Shown here: piece after piece, positions 48,301-62,689 of the stretch
Numbering within the stretch: position 1 is the stretch's first letter
Layout: each line of letters begins with the position of its first letter
Source of the DNA: Octopus sinensis
Taxonomy: Eukaryota
Length of the DNA stretch: 64,000 nt
Assembly: GCF_006345805.1 (NCBI RefSeq)
Contig: NC_043002.1
Span: forward strand, 48,236,001-48,300,000
Reading direction: 5' to 3'
The notes under the pieces: generated by a model
The model's database searches: none
The model's input: the letters and a program-made list of their open reading frames with translations, nothing else
What the model was told of the DNA's origin: nothing
Position numbers and translations under genes: made by a program

Positions 48301-50607
48301 AAAGCTGTAACCTAGAAATGGAATGGTTAGTGTATTCATATGTGCTAGCGTATTTATAGCATTGGCTTCAGTCTAATATTCTATCACACATCCACATATT
48401 TTATTATATTATTTTCATCTCTTAAGTTTTTATATTGTTGTTTGTGCTGTGTGTCTGTGATTTTGGCATTTGTGATTCATTTAATATTTTCAGTTTTAGT
48501 TACTTCGTCACAGTTACCTTTTCCATTTTTATGTCTTGGCTCAATTTATCAACAATTTTCGGCCGTTCTTTCCGTTGGATAATTTCTTTATAAATATTTT
48601 CAAACCCATGTACAAGATATGGTCTATTGTTTGTTTGTACCAGCTATATCGAATGGTGGAAAGACAAATCAATTTGTGGTGCAAAGTTGAACGCTCACCT
48701 GTTACATGTATGGAAGTAAGAGCCATTGAATACTTTCATCACAGAGTCGCTAGAAAGATGGGGAAAGAAAGTGAACATCAGAAGCAATAAAAGGTCTCAG
48801 AAACTGCCGCTTCTAGTGCACCACCTGTTACACTACAATCCGTTACAGCATCTACGATAACAAAACGAAATCGTCTTAACTGACGGAAGATGTCAACTGG
48901 CAGCAACCAGTAGAACCACTTCATTCTGTTACAACAATAAAAGAACATAGATCACGAGCAGGGTTGAAAAATTGTTGGAAATAAAAATGCCGAAAAATAA
49001 ATGAATAAAATTAAAGAGAGGAACCGGAACAGAAAGCGAATGTGGCTTGTGTGGGGGAACCCATTTCACTTAGAATTGAATGAAGTTCGCAGTTCTTCGA
49101 ATTGTCAATTTGAGTGAACTGGATGAAGAAGAAAGTAATAATGCACAAATTAAGGAGGAAATATGTATCGATAACGTGGAACTTACAAGCGATAGACTGC
49201 TAATATAAACCACTTGAAAAATCTATACTGTAGCTACCATCGACAGACGAGATGCACATAGATAATTGCAGAAATGCGTTTGTAAAAACACTCTTGTACA
49301 CTTTTAACATGCTCGAGCTGAGAAAAAACAAAAGGTTTGTTAAAATTACGAGCTAGAAACAAACACTGGGACCTTAATCAGCTCTGCCCGCCCCCTAAAA
49401 AATAGCGTCACTCCACCTAAGAGGAGAAGGAAGAAAAGTGACATAACTGATTTTCATTTATCTGTTTGAGAGGCGGAAGGGTTCAGAAATTAAGTTTCCT
49501 ATGCCCGAGCAGTTCGAAGAAATCTTGGTGGATAGATGGCACAATGTTTGTTTCATTGACTAAAGCAGAGGATATAGATGTGTGCCTAGTAGTTAAACCT
49601 AATGAGGAGACGAGAAACAAGCGGAGGTAGTACACCACACATCTGTCACAAAGGTCTGTTTTAAATAATTATATCTAGATGATTCACATTGAAGTTCTTG
49701 TTAGACTAGACAAGAATGTCTCGCTACTTCTCAATTTGAGCTGAAGTGTTTGTATATTTGCTCAATGGATAGAATTGTTAACCTAGATTCGTCTGTGGAT
49801 ACATTATGTCTTTGAAAGGGCTGGGTAGCAACCGAAATGATGTGGTTAATTGTTTATTTCTACAAATTTCATAATCTGCATTTTATGGTAACTTTTTATT
49901 CTATTCTTTTTATTTTCTTCTTATACTTTTCTTTGCTAGCCTTTGATCCTACACTGGTAAAATAAAACCTTCCGTTCCTATTTTCAGTTCAAAGGTTTGA
50001 GCTATTGTTGAATTTTATGTAAGTTTACTACCTCTTTGTCAACTATTGCAAAATATTGGCCATGCATTCGTTTTTACTCGTATTTATCCTTAGAGAATAT
50101 TTGGGAATTCTCTATTGATTTTTGTCTTATATTTTTGTTTTAGGTTTTCTTGAGCTTTTTCCTTGCCTAAACATTTTCCATCAGCATAGTCTAGTTTTCT
50201 AGTTTGTACTTTATTGTTTCCTTTGATATACAGAAGATTTTTCTATTTTTTCATGATCATTTATTACACTAATCAGTTTTCCTTTGCGTATTTTTTAAAA
50301 TCACTGTCGTTACTTTATATTACTTTTCGTCGTCATCATCATCATCATCATCATCATCATTTTTCAGTAATTTTATTTTTGCTGGCTGCATTTACTATAC
50401 TACCGAACACATCTCTGTGCCCGTAGGTACGTGCAGTATTTTCACTCAATTTTGTATTCGCTGTTGCATAGACGGTACTTACTGTACGCAATATACGTGC
50501 AATGCCTTGTGGTGCATAATTATAAGTCTTGTCGATTTGGCCATGTATTTGTACGATATTTAATCATTCAAAAGATTTTATGTTTTTACATATGCATTAT
50601 CGTCTGT

Positions 50608-50772
50608 TGAATCGTTAGCTTAGCGGCATTTCGTCCGTCTTCACATTTTGAGTTCAAATTTGCCTTTTATCCTTTTGAGGTTGAAAAAATAAGTATCAGT
50701 TGAGTACTGGGGTTAATATAATCGACTATGCCCGTGCCCAAAATTTCAGGCCTTGTGCCTATAGTAGAAAGG

Positions 50773-50829
<57 letters not shown>

Positions 50830-50830
50830 A
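50608..50830 (+). mobile_element. SINE family A with long (ATT)n tail
   Basis: Core and tail ggccttgtgcctatagtagaaaggattattatt. Confidence 0.8.
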
Positions 50831-50839
50831 TTATTATTG

Positions 50840-51130
50840 AGAACACATGGCCTAGTGGTTAGGGTGTTGCATTCTCGATCGTGGGATCGTGGTTTCAATT
50901 CATAGACCGCGTGTTTCTTTTTGAGCAAAGCGCCTCATCTCACGTTGCTCTGCGATCCCATCGGCACCTGAGGCGTGGTTCATCGTGTATCTGTTTAGAC
51001 AACGTCAATTTGATAGAGAGAATGAGCTAATGTATAGCACATACATCTGATCACTATAAACAAGTCATTCGTACTAGTTATTCAGCTAAACCTAAATACT
51101 TATATGTCGTCTTCGACGGGAGAGTACATC
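50840..51130 (+). mobile_element. SINE family C
   Basis: catggcctagtggttagggtgttgca...ggtttcaattc...ttgagcaaagcgcctcatctcacgttgctc. Confidence 0.65.
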
Positions 51131-51134
51131 GTTA

Positions 51135-52408
51135 TTATCTAAGACAACACACAGTATCCAATATTGTGATGTAAAGTCACAAGAGCCTCATACAGACAGC
51201 GCTTTATACAATATGCACTGTTCCAAGTAAAGCCGATGTTTGCAATACATCACGATTGTATGTAATGTATTTCTCAAGGATCCAGATGTTTTCTTCAGGT
51301 TGGGTGGTATTGAACCCAATGCTCCGATGATAAGAACAAATTTTATGTTTGACTCTCTAGCTGCCACCTCTTGGCGATCTTAATTTGTCGACTTTTGTCT
51401 TTCTTTCATGACAGTATCTTCTGGCACAACCAGTCAATTATTAAGCACTCTTTCTTATCCCTCTTAATGGCTACTAAATTCGGTCTGGAAGCCAAAGTCC
51501 AAGAGGATCTTTGTGTTCCCCTTTTCAGCGCCCGTTATCTCATATCCGTTATCTCATATCCATAATTCCGGCACAGTAGCGAGTGACGTTTTAGGGCTAA
51601 CTGCGCTTGTACTCTTTCTGCACAAGACTTTCACGTGCGCTAACGATGTGAGTCACGCTTTCGACATTCCTTCCACACATTCTGCAGAAGTTCATTGCAT
51701 TTTTATGGTACATATTACCTTTTCACTGAGTTAATATTCAATGACTAGACTTGGGCAGCGATGATCAGGATTTCAGTTCTCTTTTTAACATCACCTTTAC
51801 TGAGCTACATCCATGATGATTCTTGGTCTTTTAAGCTGTTAGATTCGCGGTAGAACTGACCTCATGATTCCATGCGGAGTAGTGTTTCTTCTCTTTCGTT
51901 GGCTATTTGTTATCGGAATTCATTAGCACTCTCAAATCCATTGTTATTAGATCGTTCTGCATTAGCTGCATATTATAGTAGGTTTTGTTCGCTGTTTACC
52001 TTATACTCTGTTAAGTTTTTTTCTTTTACTGTCGATGCATTGCCGTACGCTTATCAGGCAACATCCACCTTCATTCCTCTTTGTATATAACCTTAGGGTG
52101 GTGGACACCATGCATTGTCATTGTCTTTTGAGAAGTGCGATCGAGTTAGTCAATCTCTGCTCGTGTACCATTTCAGAATGGATACACTTTAGCAAACTAC
52201 AACAATACCACATATGTTGATGGCAGTCACAAGCGCAGTTTTGACTCCAGGAAAAGTTTGAGGTGTTTCAAATATGCAGCGGTGACTTTTTGTCTTTGAT
52301 TCCTCTGCGCAAGATATTGTCCAGCTCCAGGATCCCGAGGCATTTGTACTCATCATCATCTAGGCCACTCATTCACTCACTTTTTGGCAATTCTATGCCC
52401 CGCTATTA
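51135..52408 (-). mobile_element. R4/Dong-clade LINE, 3' ~1.3 kb, same family as 1-630
   Basis: YKCLGILEL, RLYTKRNEGG, EILIIAAQ, LAQKEYKR, ttgggttcaataccacccaac, LLGTVHI; colinear with 1-630. Confidence 0.85.
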
Positions 52409-52409
52409 T

Positions 52410-52620
52410 TAAGGCGAGATGCTGGCAGAATTATTAGCAAACTAGTGGCATTTCTTCCGGCTCTTGACATCCTGAGATCAAATACAACTTCGATTAACTT
52501 TGCTTTCATCTTTTAGCGGTCAAAAATATAAAGTACCAGTCACGTACCGGGAGTAATGTAATCGAAAAGCCCTCTGCCTTTAAAATTAGTAGCTTACGCC
52601 AAAACTTGAAATCATTTTTG
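52410..52620 (+). mobile_element. SINE family A, degenerate
   Basis: aaggcgagatgctggcagaattattagc...ctttgctttcatc...aagtaccagtcacgtac. Confidence 0.65.
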
Positions 52621-52656
52621 TTGTTGTTGTTGTTTCTTTCATTGTTGTTGTCGTCG

Positions 52657-52692
<36 letters not shown>

Positions 52693-53325
52693 TATTATTA
52701 TTATTATTATTTCCTTTATTGCTATTGCTATTAGTATTAGCATTATCATCATCGTCAGTATTATTTCTATTGCCATTATGAACATATAATGTTCAATATA
52801 TTCTTTCTAGCTTAAGCTGTTAATCCGAAAAGTTTGAATATTAAATATCTATAACTAATATATAAAAGATGGCAGCTAAAAATCGACCTATAGTCATTCT
52901 TTTACATTTCAATGTAGTTGTGCGTCTAGTAACATGGATCAATTCATTGATCAGGATTGACAAGTTATTATGCAGAAAAGATATTAGGTTGAAGTTGAAA
53001 CTCGATAAAATGTGCTTAGTGTTTTACAATTGTAAAATAAAAACGAAATAAAAAAAAATGTCTTTCGATAAAGGTCTTTGTGAAACGAAGATATTATATG
53101 TTCCCAAATAAACAAAAACAAGTTGCTTAGATAAATAACAAAATCGATATCAGACAAGAAACAAGTATTCCCCGCTTCATTGCTAAATCTATTTCGGGAT
53201 AGAAACCCAAAGAATATTCATGAACTGGAAAAGAAACAGAACGTGATGTTCTCATGTTTCCACATACACACATACACACACGCATACATACATATATATT
53301 TATTTACACACATATATTATATATA

Positions 53326-53371
<46 letters not shown>

Positions 53372-53423
53372 CATTATATATCATATATAGATGTATGTAC
53401 ATTTATATATGCGTTTATATATA

Positions 53424-53459
<36 letters not shown>

Positions 53460-53481
53460 TACATGTGTGTGTCTGTGTGTG

Positions 53482-53535
<54 letters not shown>

Positions 53536-54837
53536 TTGAGAGACTCGAAGAAAAAGACAGAGAGAAAATCTTTTCTTATAAGTAGTTATTGAAGATATTA
53601 ACTTTTGGTTGCAGGAATGAATAACGCTTTATAGTAAAGAATAACAAGCTAAAAATAAATAAATGGGCATTACATATCATCCTCCCAAATGGAATAGCGA
53701 TATGTTTGAAGTTCAAATGTTCATTCATCGAAAGAAAGCGACAAACCCGTGAGACTAGGGAAAGTCTTTGAGAATATTACTTCTCACCTATATATTTGTA
53801 ATTCAACAGTCAACGTTCTTATATTATAGCAGTGTCGTAAAACTGATAGCCTCATACTGGAGATAGAATTCTCTTGAACCTATGTATCTACACATGAAAA
53901 ACTATGGATAACATAGTTATTTACTATCTTAGCTCATAGGTCTTCCACTGTCATACGTAGCTTGTAGTTAAACCTCTGATCATGATATAACATTACTGTA
54001 TAGCTAATACAACAGAATGCAATATCGACATTCGTCAGAATTTTTTACATTACCCTATGCTGTGTGTCATAAAGCGAAATAACTTCGGTTATAAATTGTT
54101 ATATATACAACGAGAGTAATTCTTCTGTACAATGTTACTACTGATTTTGGAGTTTATTTTCAGGTATCTAATCCAGATATATAACAACAAACTGTTGAAA
54201 TATTTTATCAAAATGTAACCAAAATTCCTTTTTTTTTTATCAACTCGTTCGTTTCATGCAGTTAGAAATATATATATACACAACAGACTGTGTTCTCTTT
54301 TGTGACAAATCGGAAGGAAGTGAGTGTTCTATATATTTATGCAATAACTTTGTGTGAAAGAAAGTATTTTAAGTATGCAATATACTTTTGCCTCAGATAT
54401 CAAATTATACACGATCTAAAATTAATTACGCTGTGAATATTTGAATACGAGTGACAGAAAGACATAGACATATACAAAGCCCAAATAAAATTGAAATTGT
54501 AATATATTTTATATTACATTCATAGTTTGGTTTTCTCTCTCCTGTTTGATATGCCTCATACTCCCTATAATTTTCTCTACACGGAATTATTAGTTACACA
54601 CACAAGCACTGTAAATACAGGGATAAATATTTTGTAGTCAAGGAAAAAATACTTCTTTTTGTGAAAGGCAAGAAAGGATAATAAAACAGAAAAGAATTAC
54701 ATTTTGAGTGACAGTATAAGAACGGATAAATAGAGGTAAAAGTAATAGGCACTCGAAAAATCATTTAATAGGTTTACAAACACACACGCGCGCGCACACA
54801 CATATTTGTGTATATATGTGTGTGTATATATATCTAC

Positions 54838-54912
<75 letters not shown>

Positions 54913-55149
54913 GATATTAGGGAATATTATTCCAAACTTACTGGGAAAAATTCAATTTAGAAATACTAAATTAAATTTCACATCTATGTTTCTATCTTAT
55001 TTTAAATTTTTCTATAAGATGTAATGTTTTTCTATATGGTATAATTTAATTTTTTTATTGTTGAATTGATAAAAGGTGTTTTTTTTTCCAATATATATAT
55101 ATATATATATAATGAAAATATAAATTAGTATGCTTAGTCAAAAGTGTAC

Positions 55150-56400
55150 CTCTCCTAATTTTTAAAAGGTCACAATTAGTTCACCTGTTGACTTTTAAAC
55201 CGAGCTAGAACTAAAATAGGTTTAGTAGTTCCCAAAATACTAAGACATATTAATAAAAGAATTGGTAGTGCTACAAACCTAGAGCAATTTACTGGCTTAT
55301 GAACATAAAAGAAATGTATAAAGCTAGATTCGAACAATTTGATATCATAGATATTTATTCCTCGATATCAAGAGACTTTCTGGATAAGACAAATCAGTTC
55401 TCCATAAAACGTCGCCATTGACAAAACTTCCTTGACTTTATCATACTTAAGCGAAAATATTTTCCACTTTGGTAACAGTTCAGCATAGGTAAAAACAAAA
55501 ATCGGAACCAGGTGAATTGTTTGATGTATTAATAGGATCGTATGACAAAGCTGAGGCTTACCCTACTCTGATATTGGTCTCTACCGCGACGATGGATTAT
55601 GCATATCTCACGGCTGTTATGGTAATTCCTTCGATGCATTTAGGAAAGATTTCATATCGATATTTTGCAAATTAAGTCTCAAAATCACCATAAACCTCTC
55701 TAAAGTCATTTTCTTAGACGCTTCCCAAGAACAAAATTAATGCTCTTAAATTTCCTGTAATAATCATCATGAAAAACTACGTATATACGCTAACCGTCTT
55801 TACAAACCTTATAACTAAAATGGATTTCAAATTTTGTCACGAGACCAGTAATTTCCGAGTGTGGTGGAGTAAGTCGATTAGATCGACCCCCGTGATCAAC
55901 TAGTACTTATTTTACGGAGACCCCGAAAGAATGAAAGGCAAAGTCGATCTCGGCGGAATTTGGACTCAGAACATAAAGACGAGCGAAATGCTACAAATCA
56001 TTTTGCCAGGTGTGCTAACGACTCTATCGGCAAACCGCCTTCCTAATAGCTGATATATATAGGACATCTAATCTCTCCCCCTCTAAAGAAATATTTTATA
56101 AGGCTCTCCCTATAATAATGCTCTGGTAACAGTAATTTCAAAAAAAGATAGCTTACACTCTTACCATAAAAAGTACGCAGCCTAAAAATAGACCCCCAGA
56201 AGATTATATGGTTTTCCGCTCTGATCTTAAGAAAAACGCACAGAGAAAATTTCTAACCTTGATGGATATGTATTTATTTTATAGCCATGTGTAAAAGAAA
56301 ATTTTCAATAGATGTTTCGAGAAAGTTATTTTAAAGCTGCTGCTCCAACATGAAAAGTATTAGTGTATGTACAAAAACAATTTTAGTGATTTGTATTAAA
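55150..56400 (+). mobile_element. Old PLE RT relic (same YRDD type as 28965-30389), split by a SINE
   Basis: FEQFDIIDIYSSIS, LFDVLIGSYDKAE, IGLYRDDGL, KVIFLD; after the SINE, SNLSPSKEIF, IIWF-like motif and SCCSNMKSI. Confidence 0.75.
55840..56045 (-). mobile_element. SINE family A inserted in the PLE relic
   Basis: cgaaagaatgaaaggcaaagtcgatctcggcggaatttggactcagaac...gtgctaacgactc. Confidence 0.8.
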
Positions 56401-56578
56401 GCCCGTTTAGTTCACTTTCATGTATTATAATTTTTTGGCATGAAGTCTGTGGATACTAACGGATTTCTACATGCATATTCAGTAAAAGATGAACTCAAGC
56501 CGTATGATAACAAACGTAAGCGATACCCGAGCTTTGTAAAGTATGCTATAAGGTCATTACCCAAATGATGTATATATA

Positions 56579-56634
<56 letters not shown>

Positions 56635-56834
56635 TTACATACAGAAGACCAAAAGTGTACGTACGCCGCTATATGTACATATAAAAAAAGAAAGCAAAAA
56701 ATGAAACAAGAACGTAACAGGCGACAAAACATCCGGATAGTTAGACGATACAAAAAAGGACAGGGAAAAAACAATATAAATGTATACATACATATATGTT
56801 TGTGTGTGTGTGCGTGTATGTGCGCGCGCGCGTT

Positions 56835-56996
56835 AGCCACTACACACATTTTTTCTCTCCTTTATTTCTCTCCCTTTTCTCTCCTTTTTATTTCTCTCCT
56901 TGTTTTTTCTGTGTCCCTTCCTGTAGAAGAGCGTAGGCTCGAAACGTAAAAGACTTTTTCTATTCCTGAGCGTTATACTAATAAATCTGTTTGTTT

Positions 56997-57000
<4 letters not shown>
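56835..57000 (+). mobile_element. Solo pLTR-like repeat with hammerhead-like core
   Basis: CTGTAGA-A-GAGC GTAG GCTC-GAAA-CGT at 56921-56947; colinear with 26060-26245. Confidence 0.55.
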
Positions 57001-57059
<59 letters not shown>

Positions 57060-57547
57060 CTACTTACACACACACACAGATGTTTATTGCAAACGCCGAT
57101 GAATTTGATATTTGCTCGTGGGATGCAATCATGCACAGACGGAATTCTTCAATATGGAAATCTAAAGAAAAACTAATCAGCACGAAATACCCCCAACAAC
57201 GTCTACTGTTCCAGGGCATTTCCACAATTTCAGTAACGATTTCGTGTGCCATATTTTATTTTAAACATTCGATGACACAGTCATGAAAAAATGGGAACAT
57301 TCACAATATTGATGATGAAACATTGTAAACACCTTTAGCAATTAAACGGGAAAATTTCAATATATATATATATATATACATACAAATACATGCATATATT
57401 CATATATATACACGCATACACATGTATAAATACATACACTCTCGCATACATACTTTCACACGCGCTCGCACACACTCTCATACATACATATTTGTACACA
57501 TGCATATGTGTGTGGGTGTGTATATATATATATATATATGGATATAT

Positions 57548-57843
57548 GGAGCACTCCGTCGGTTGCGACGACGAGGGTCCCAGTTGATACGATCAACGGA
57601 ACAGCTTGCTCATGAAATTAACGTGCAGGGAACTGAGCACTCCACAAACACGTGTACCCTTAACGTAGTTCTCGGGGAGACTCAGCATGACACAGAGTGT
57701 GACAAGGCTGGTCCTTTAAAATACAGGTACTACTCAGTTTTGCCAGCTAAGTGACTGGAGCAACGTAAAATAAAGTGTCTTGCTCAAGGACACAACCTTA
57801 CGATCATGAGCCGAATGCCCCTAACCACTAAGCCACACGCCTT
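57548..57843 (-). mobile_element. SINE family C-related element
   Basis: Minus strand ggcgtgtggcttagtggttagggg...ttgagcaagacactttattttacgttgctccagtcac. Confidence 0.65.
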
Positions 57844-58149
57844 CACACACACATATGTATATACACACACATACATGTATGTGCATGTGTGTTTATGTTG
57901 CTTATAAGAATCGTAAGGTGTTTTATTGCCCTCTATATTCTTTAGCTTAAAGGGAGATAACAGCAGTTGATTTCTACTATACCATTTAGCTGGCTGCTGA
58001 ATTGTTAATGACTATTAAGTAATAGGAACTAGAGCATGATTGGCTGGTTTGTTGTTTGATTGTCTAACATGCCGAGATTGCATCTTACCATTATTATAGA
58101 AAGTAAAAGCTCTGTTTTCGAGATGATGTATAAAAGGATGAAATACTTT

Positions 58150-58660
58150 TGATACAGACTATTTGTTTATACAATATAACTTGCTTTGTTTCAGAATATA
58201 CCTTGGGATTTATGTCCAAGATAATTAATCTTTGTGTTCGAGTATTTAGCTTTGAGAAAAATACTCTGTCGAACGTTATCACTGATTCTTATCAATTCGA
58301 TCAGTTCACTGAATTTTACTTGTTATGTCATATTCATTAACAACTGACAAATCTGCAAACCATGAATGGTTTTCTATCTGAATGGTTTAGGTCTGAGTTT
58401 ATTGCCATATCGATTGATCGTATCTTTCCATATCAATTGCCATTGTTTCATGCTTTAAATCATTATATTGAGTGGCTGTTGCAGATGTATTGCTAGAACT
58501 GAAATTATGTATTATTATTTCGCTTTTCTTACTCCGCATATGTACGTATTTTTCAGAAAGCTTTATTACTCTTACGTTAAAATGCCTATTCTTAACACCT
58601 ACAAAACCATTATCCAATTTTCTCCTTTTCCTCATTATATTTTATAGCATTGCATAGAAC
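58150..58660 (+). pseudogene. Possible degraded class A GPCR remnant
   Basis: FIAISIDRIFPYQLPL has DR-x6-PL spacing as at the TM3/ICL2 boundary, with hydrophobic segments either side in other frames. Could be AT-rich noise. Confidence 0.2.
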
Positions 58661-58853
58661 TCATAAATTTGAAACAAATTAATACATGTCTATTATTATT
58701 TATTGGTTATATTGATAAAACATGTGGCTTCTGATGCACACACGTACATTTATAATATGAGCATACTTAGATATATGTACATATGTATATATATATGTAC
58801 ATGCTTAAATACCTTATACAGATGTATGTATATCTTTGTCTATCTATCTATCG

Positions 58854-58906
<53 letters not shown>

Positions 58907-59834
58907 ACTGTCCGTCTGTCTGTCTGTCTGTCTGTCTCTGTCTGTCTCTGTCTGTTTGTCTGTCTATATATATGTACATATACATACATATATGAAGGAA
59001 TCTTCGATAGATTCTATCAACTAAAGATTAAATTCATTGAATTATAACGGAAAGTGGAAAGCTATCCTATATGATTGCCTAAAATGACATTTAGTCGGAA
59101 GGAAGATGGGACCTCGTGATCATGAAGTGAACTTCTTAACACTTCGTCCACACACACACACACACACTACCACACAAATACACACGCATTAAGCAAGAAG
59201 GGGTTCGACCATGATCCAGTCCAATGGGTAACATATAATGAATGTAAAAAGAAAATCCACTGTTTGCATTTTGCCACTTTTTCAACTAGTATGGTAGTAA
59301 CCATAAGAGTAAAAAAAATATTGCATGGTATACCCAACAAGTAAGTCGATGAATCCTAGAAATATTTGAACCAGTTATTATTATCAACTGTACTCCAAGG
59401 TGTTCGAAAAGGAAGTGAAGCCAGAAAGTGAATAGCTTTCGAAGGTCAGATGAAACAATATGCAGAAAGCTAAATATAAATGCTGGCCATAAAAAAAAGA
59501 AAGAAAAGACATTGTCCTTTCATGGAAATGCTCAACCAAGTCTTTCGTGGAGACTAGTATCTCATGGAAAGAACAAGTCACCGTTACGATCGGAGGTGAG
59601 ACTTTCAAATCTGCATGTAGTTTTCATACTATGCTTAACTCCGCCTAAGAGTCTTGAAAAGCTTCATTATACTTAAGAGCCGACTAGTGTAAACTAATTG
59701 TCTTAGTCTTCCTTGCCATCGAATGCGAAATCTGGTCCTGATCCTTTGTGGCGAGTGATAGATTTTATGGAATCAACCAACTGATGAATATTGTTCTTGT
59801 CCATATATTTTACTTCAATATATATACACGCGAA

Positions 59835-60022
59835 GGCGGTCAAAATTCTTAGCAGTATTTCGTCTGTCTTTACGTTTTGAATTCAAATTCCGCCAAGGTC
59901 GACTTTGCCTTTCATCATATCGGGGTAGATAAATTAAGTACCAGTTTCGTACTGGAGTCGATCTAATCAACTGGCCCCCCTCCCTCAAAATTTCTGGCCT
60001 TGTGCCTAGAGTAGAAAAGAAT
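59835..60022 (+). mobile_element. SINE family A, head truncated
   Basis: cagtatttcgtctgtctttacg...ggtcgactttgcctttcatc...ggccttgtgcctagagtagaaaagaat. Confidence 0.85.
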
Positions 60023-60376
60023 ATATGTACATGCGGTTGAGCGTGCTTATTTGCGTATGTGTGGGCTTGTGTTTGCAATACATTCGAAATTATTAAATAA
60101 ACAGTTTGTAATGGTACTAGAAACAGATTAATTACTTATTTAACCCATGTTGTCAACACTTGCAGTGTATCATAATTTAGACAGTTGAGATTAGTTTAAC
60201 ATTTCTGGTAACAGAGTTTGGGTAATCTTTTTATGAAAGAAGAAAGAAGGCCACTGCATTTATCTTTTGATCACAAAAGGATAGAATATCTGTTTAAACA
60301 GCTTTGACTGTTTTCGCCGCAAGACAATATTGTACGTTTATTAAAAGTGTATACAGTACATTTCATATTCGTACCC

Positions 60377-60426
<50 letters not shown>

Positions 60427-62689
60427 TATACACACACAAATACTCCTATCTATATGTATATAAACATGCTCTCATGCAAATATTTAAGCGTATATAAATA
60501 CTACATTTTTTAGAAATACAACACACACACGTTAAATTTGATTATCCATTACTTTCATTTTATGCATGACAAACGTTCCTCAGGTAGTATAACTATATTT
60601 TCAATGCTTTTCTATGCTGCTATCAGCATGTTGCAAGCTTCAGGCTGGTCTTGTTCTAGCTTGATCAGTACCTATTTTGTAGTTATCGTTGCCAAGAAGA
60701 AATTGTTTTCGTGACGGTATTTTCTATATCATCTCTAGTTTTTTTTTCCTTTTGTTTATAAAATTTGCTTAATTTGTTTGTCTCGGCAGTACATTGGTTG
60801 CGTTGCGTTACTCTGTTTATGTTGGCATACCGATATGGTTACAACACCTTTACTTTAAATTTTATAAATGTCTAGAAAAGTGTTCCGTTTTCTCTTTTGG
60901 TAATTGCTGAAGGTGGGTGTATATAATTGCTGCAACGGCTTTTAAGGTTGTCTTCTCTCACACTTGCGTAATATTTTATTCTTTATATGCAGCTAATTTG
61001 AGATTTTACTTCTTTCGAATATAAAATTTTACGAGAAGCATTTCTATTAAGGGGAAATATATCTTTTGTCCCGAAGTTTCATTACTTCCTTGTATGCTGT
61101 CCTAGCCGGTCATTCGATAATTTCTCAATATCATGCTGATATATTTTACTATACTTTAAAACGGTGGATAACTCATTATAGGGTTAACCAAACCACATAT
61201 TCGATTTTCAGTACATGTTCTTTGGGATCTAATAAGGTGTTGCATGTCTCTTGTTTGACTTTTCAGTTGATCCCATTACTTAATTTTAATTCAGCTGTTA
61301 TGAGTATTACCTCACTTTGTAAATATTAGTTTAGCCATCACTCCCTAATTACATATCTTCTATGTGTACTCGTGTGTATGCGCGCGCGCACACATATACA
61401 AACACACACATACATGCATAGATAGATAAATGGATAGAGAGAGAGAGAGAAAGAGAGAGAGAGAAAGAAAGAGGGAGAGATAGAGATAACACTCACATAT
61501 ATGATATATACGTATGGATAGATAGTTACACAGATTATTCTGTGCAAGTAGTTAATGCCATTTGGGGCTTTATTCAAAGCGCGTTTTTTCAATTATAGTT
61601 TCATTCTGTTAATTCAATTTTTATTTCTGCTTATTTGGTTTTTGCCCGAGAAATTATCCTTGACTAAAATATTATTGGGCATAGATCAGTTACCTAAATA
61701 TCTTTCACATTCAGTTACAGGTTTCCTAGAACAAGAGAATTCTGAAAGTAAATTTGTTATGGTATATTTTTGTTACTGCACAGTTTTCAATTAGCTAACA
61801 GCTGAATACAATATTTATTAAGCAGCGTTCACTGAAATTCCCCAGTCAACACTCTCTAATACAAAAGTACATTATGTTCAGTAAATGGTTTTAAAGTCTC
61901 TAATTATGACACCGCTTGTTAAAGAATACTTTCCTTCTGAATTGATGAAAATTTCAGAATTAACTTAATTATTTATTAATTAATTACTAACAGAAAGCCA
62001 GCCTAGGTGTCAAATTACATTTTTACACCTTCTTCCAGTGGTGTACTGAGAATGTCGAGCTCATGAAAGACAAAAATCATCTGTCATAGAAATCAAACAC
62101 TGAAATTGGTCTTGTGAAATATACCCTCGAAAAGTTAAAAAGTCTTCAGCAGTGAAAAATATATTTGTGTTTAATAATTACTAACATCGACGCTGTAAAA
62201 TGTTTTAAGTGTTAGAGCTCTCAGCTAAGTAGCTTTATTATTTAGTTTTCATCTCCATGATTTCAAATCCTAAACCGACGCTAATGCAAATAATCAATAT
62301 CCAACATTGGAGAGGTAGAACTACCCGAAGCACTAGAGAACTTGTTTATTTAGTTTCGTTCTTAATCTTCTGTTTTAAAACTTTTGAATGTTGCGATATC
62401 TTTAGTTTTTCTGAGATTGACAAATAGTATACCTTTATAGATTACCAAGATTGTACAGTGCAACTCGAAAAATATTTTTGTCTAATAAAAATTGCAATAT
62501 TTCTTAATTTACAGAAATTTAGGAAGACACTTTTATCTATGACACTCGACCTCATTAGTATTTCTTAACCACTAAATCTTCTGGAAAACAAAAGCTGCAG
62601 CGAATACTTATTTAACGTTATATTTACTCGTCCATATACACGTCATTATTTGTGAATACATATGTTTTTATGACAAATGAAGCCAACTA

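Noticed and set aside
48300-48790. Possible additional GIY-YIG relic (LVQTNNRP resembling YVGQT.R), minus strand
   Set aside because: Too degraded; the cysteines and GIY/YIG residues are not recoverable.
57080-57290. Complex-sequence island between microsatellites with short ORFs on both strands
   Set aside because: No recognisable domain or consistent splice pair.
59400-59650. Possible RTE RT remnant (VTIGGET)
   Set aside because: The expected following NLRFADD motif is absent.
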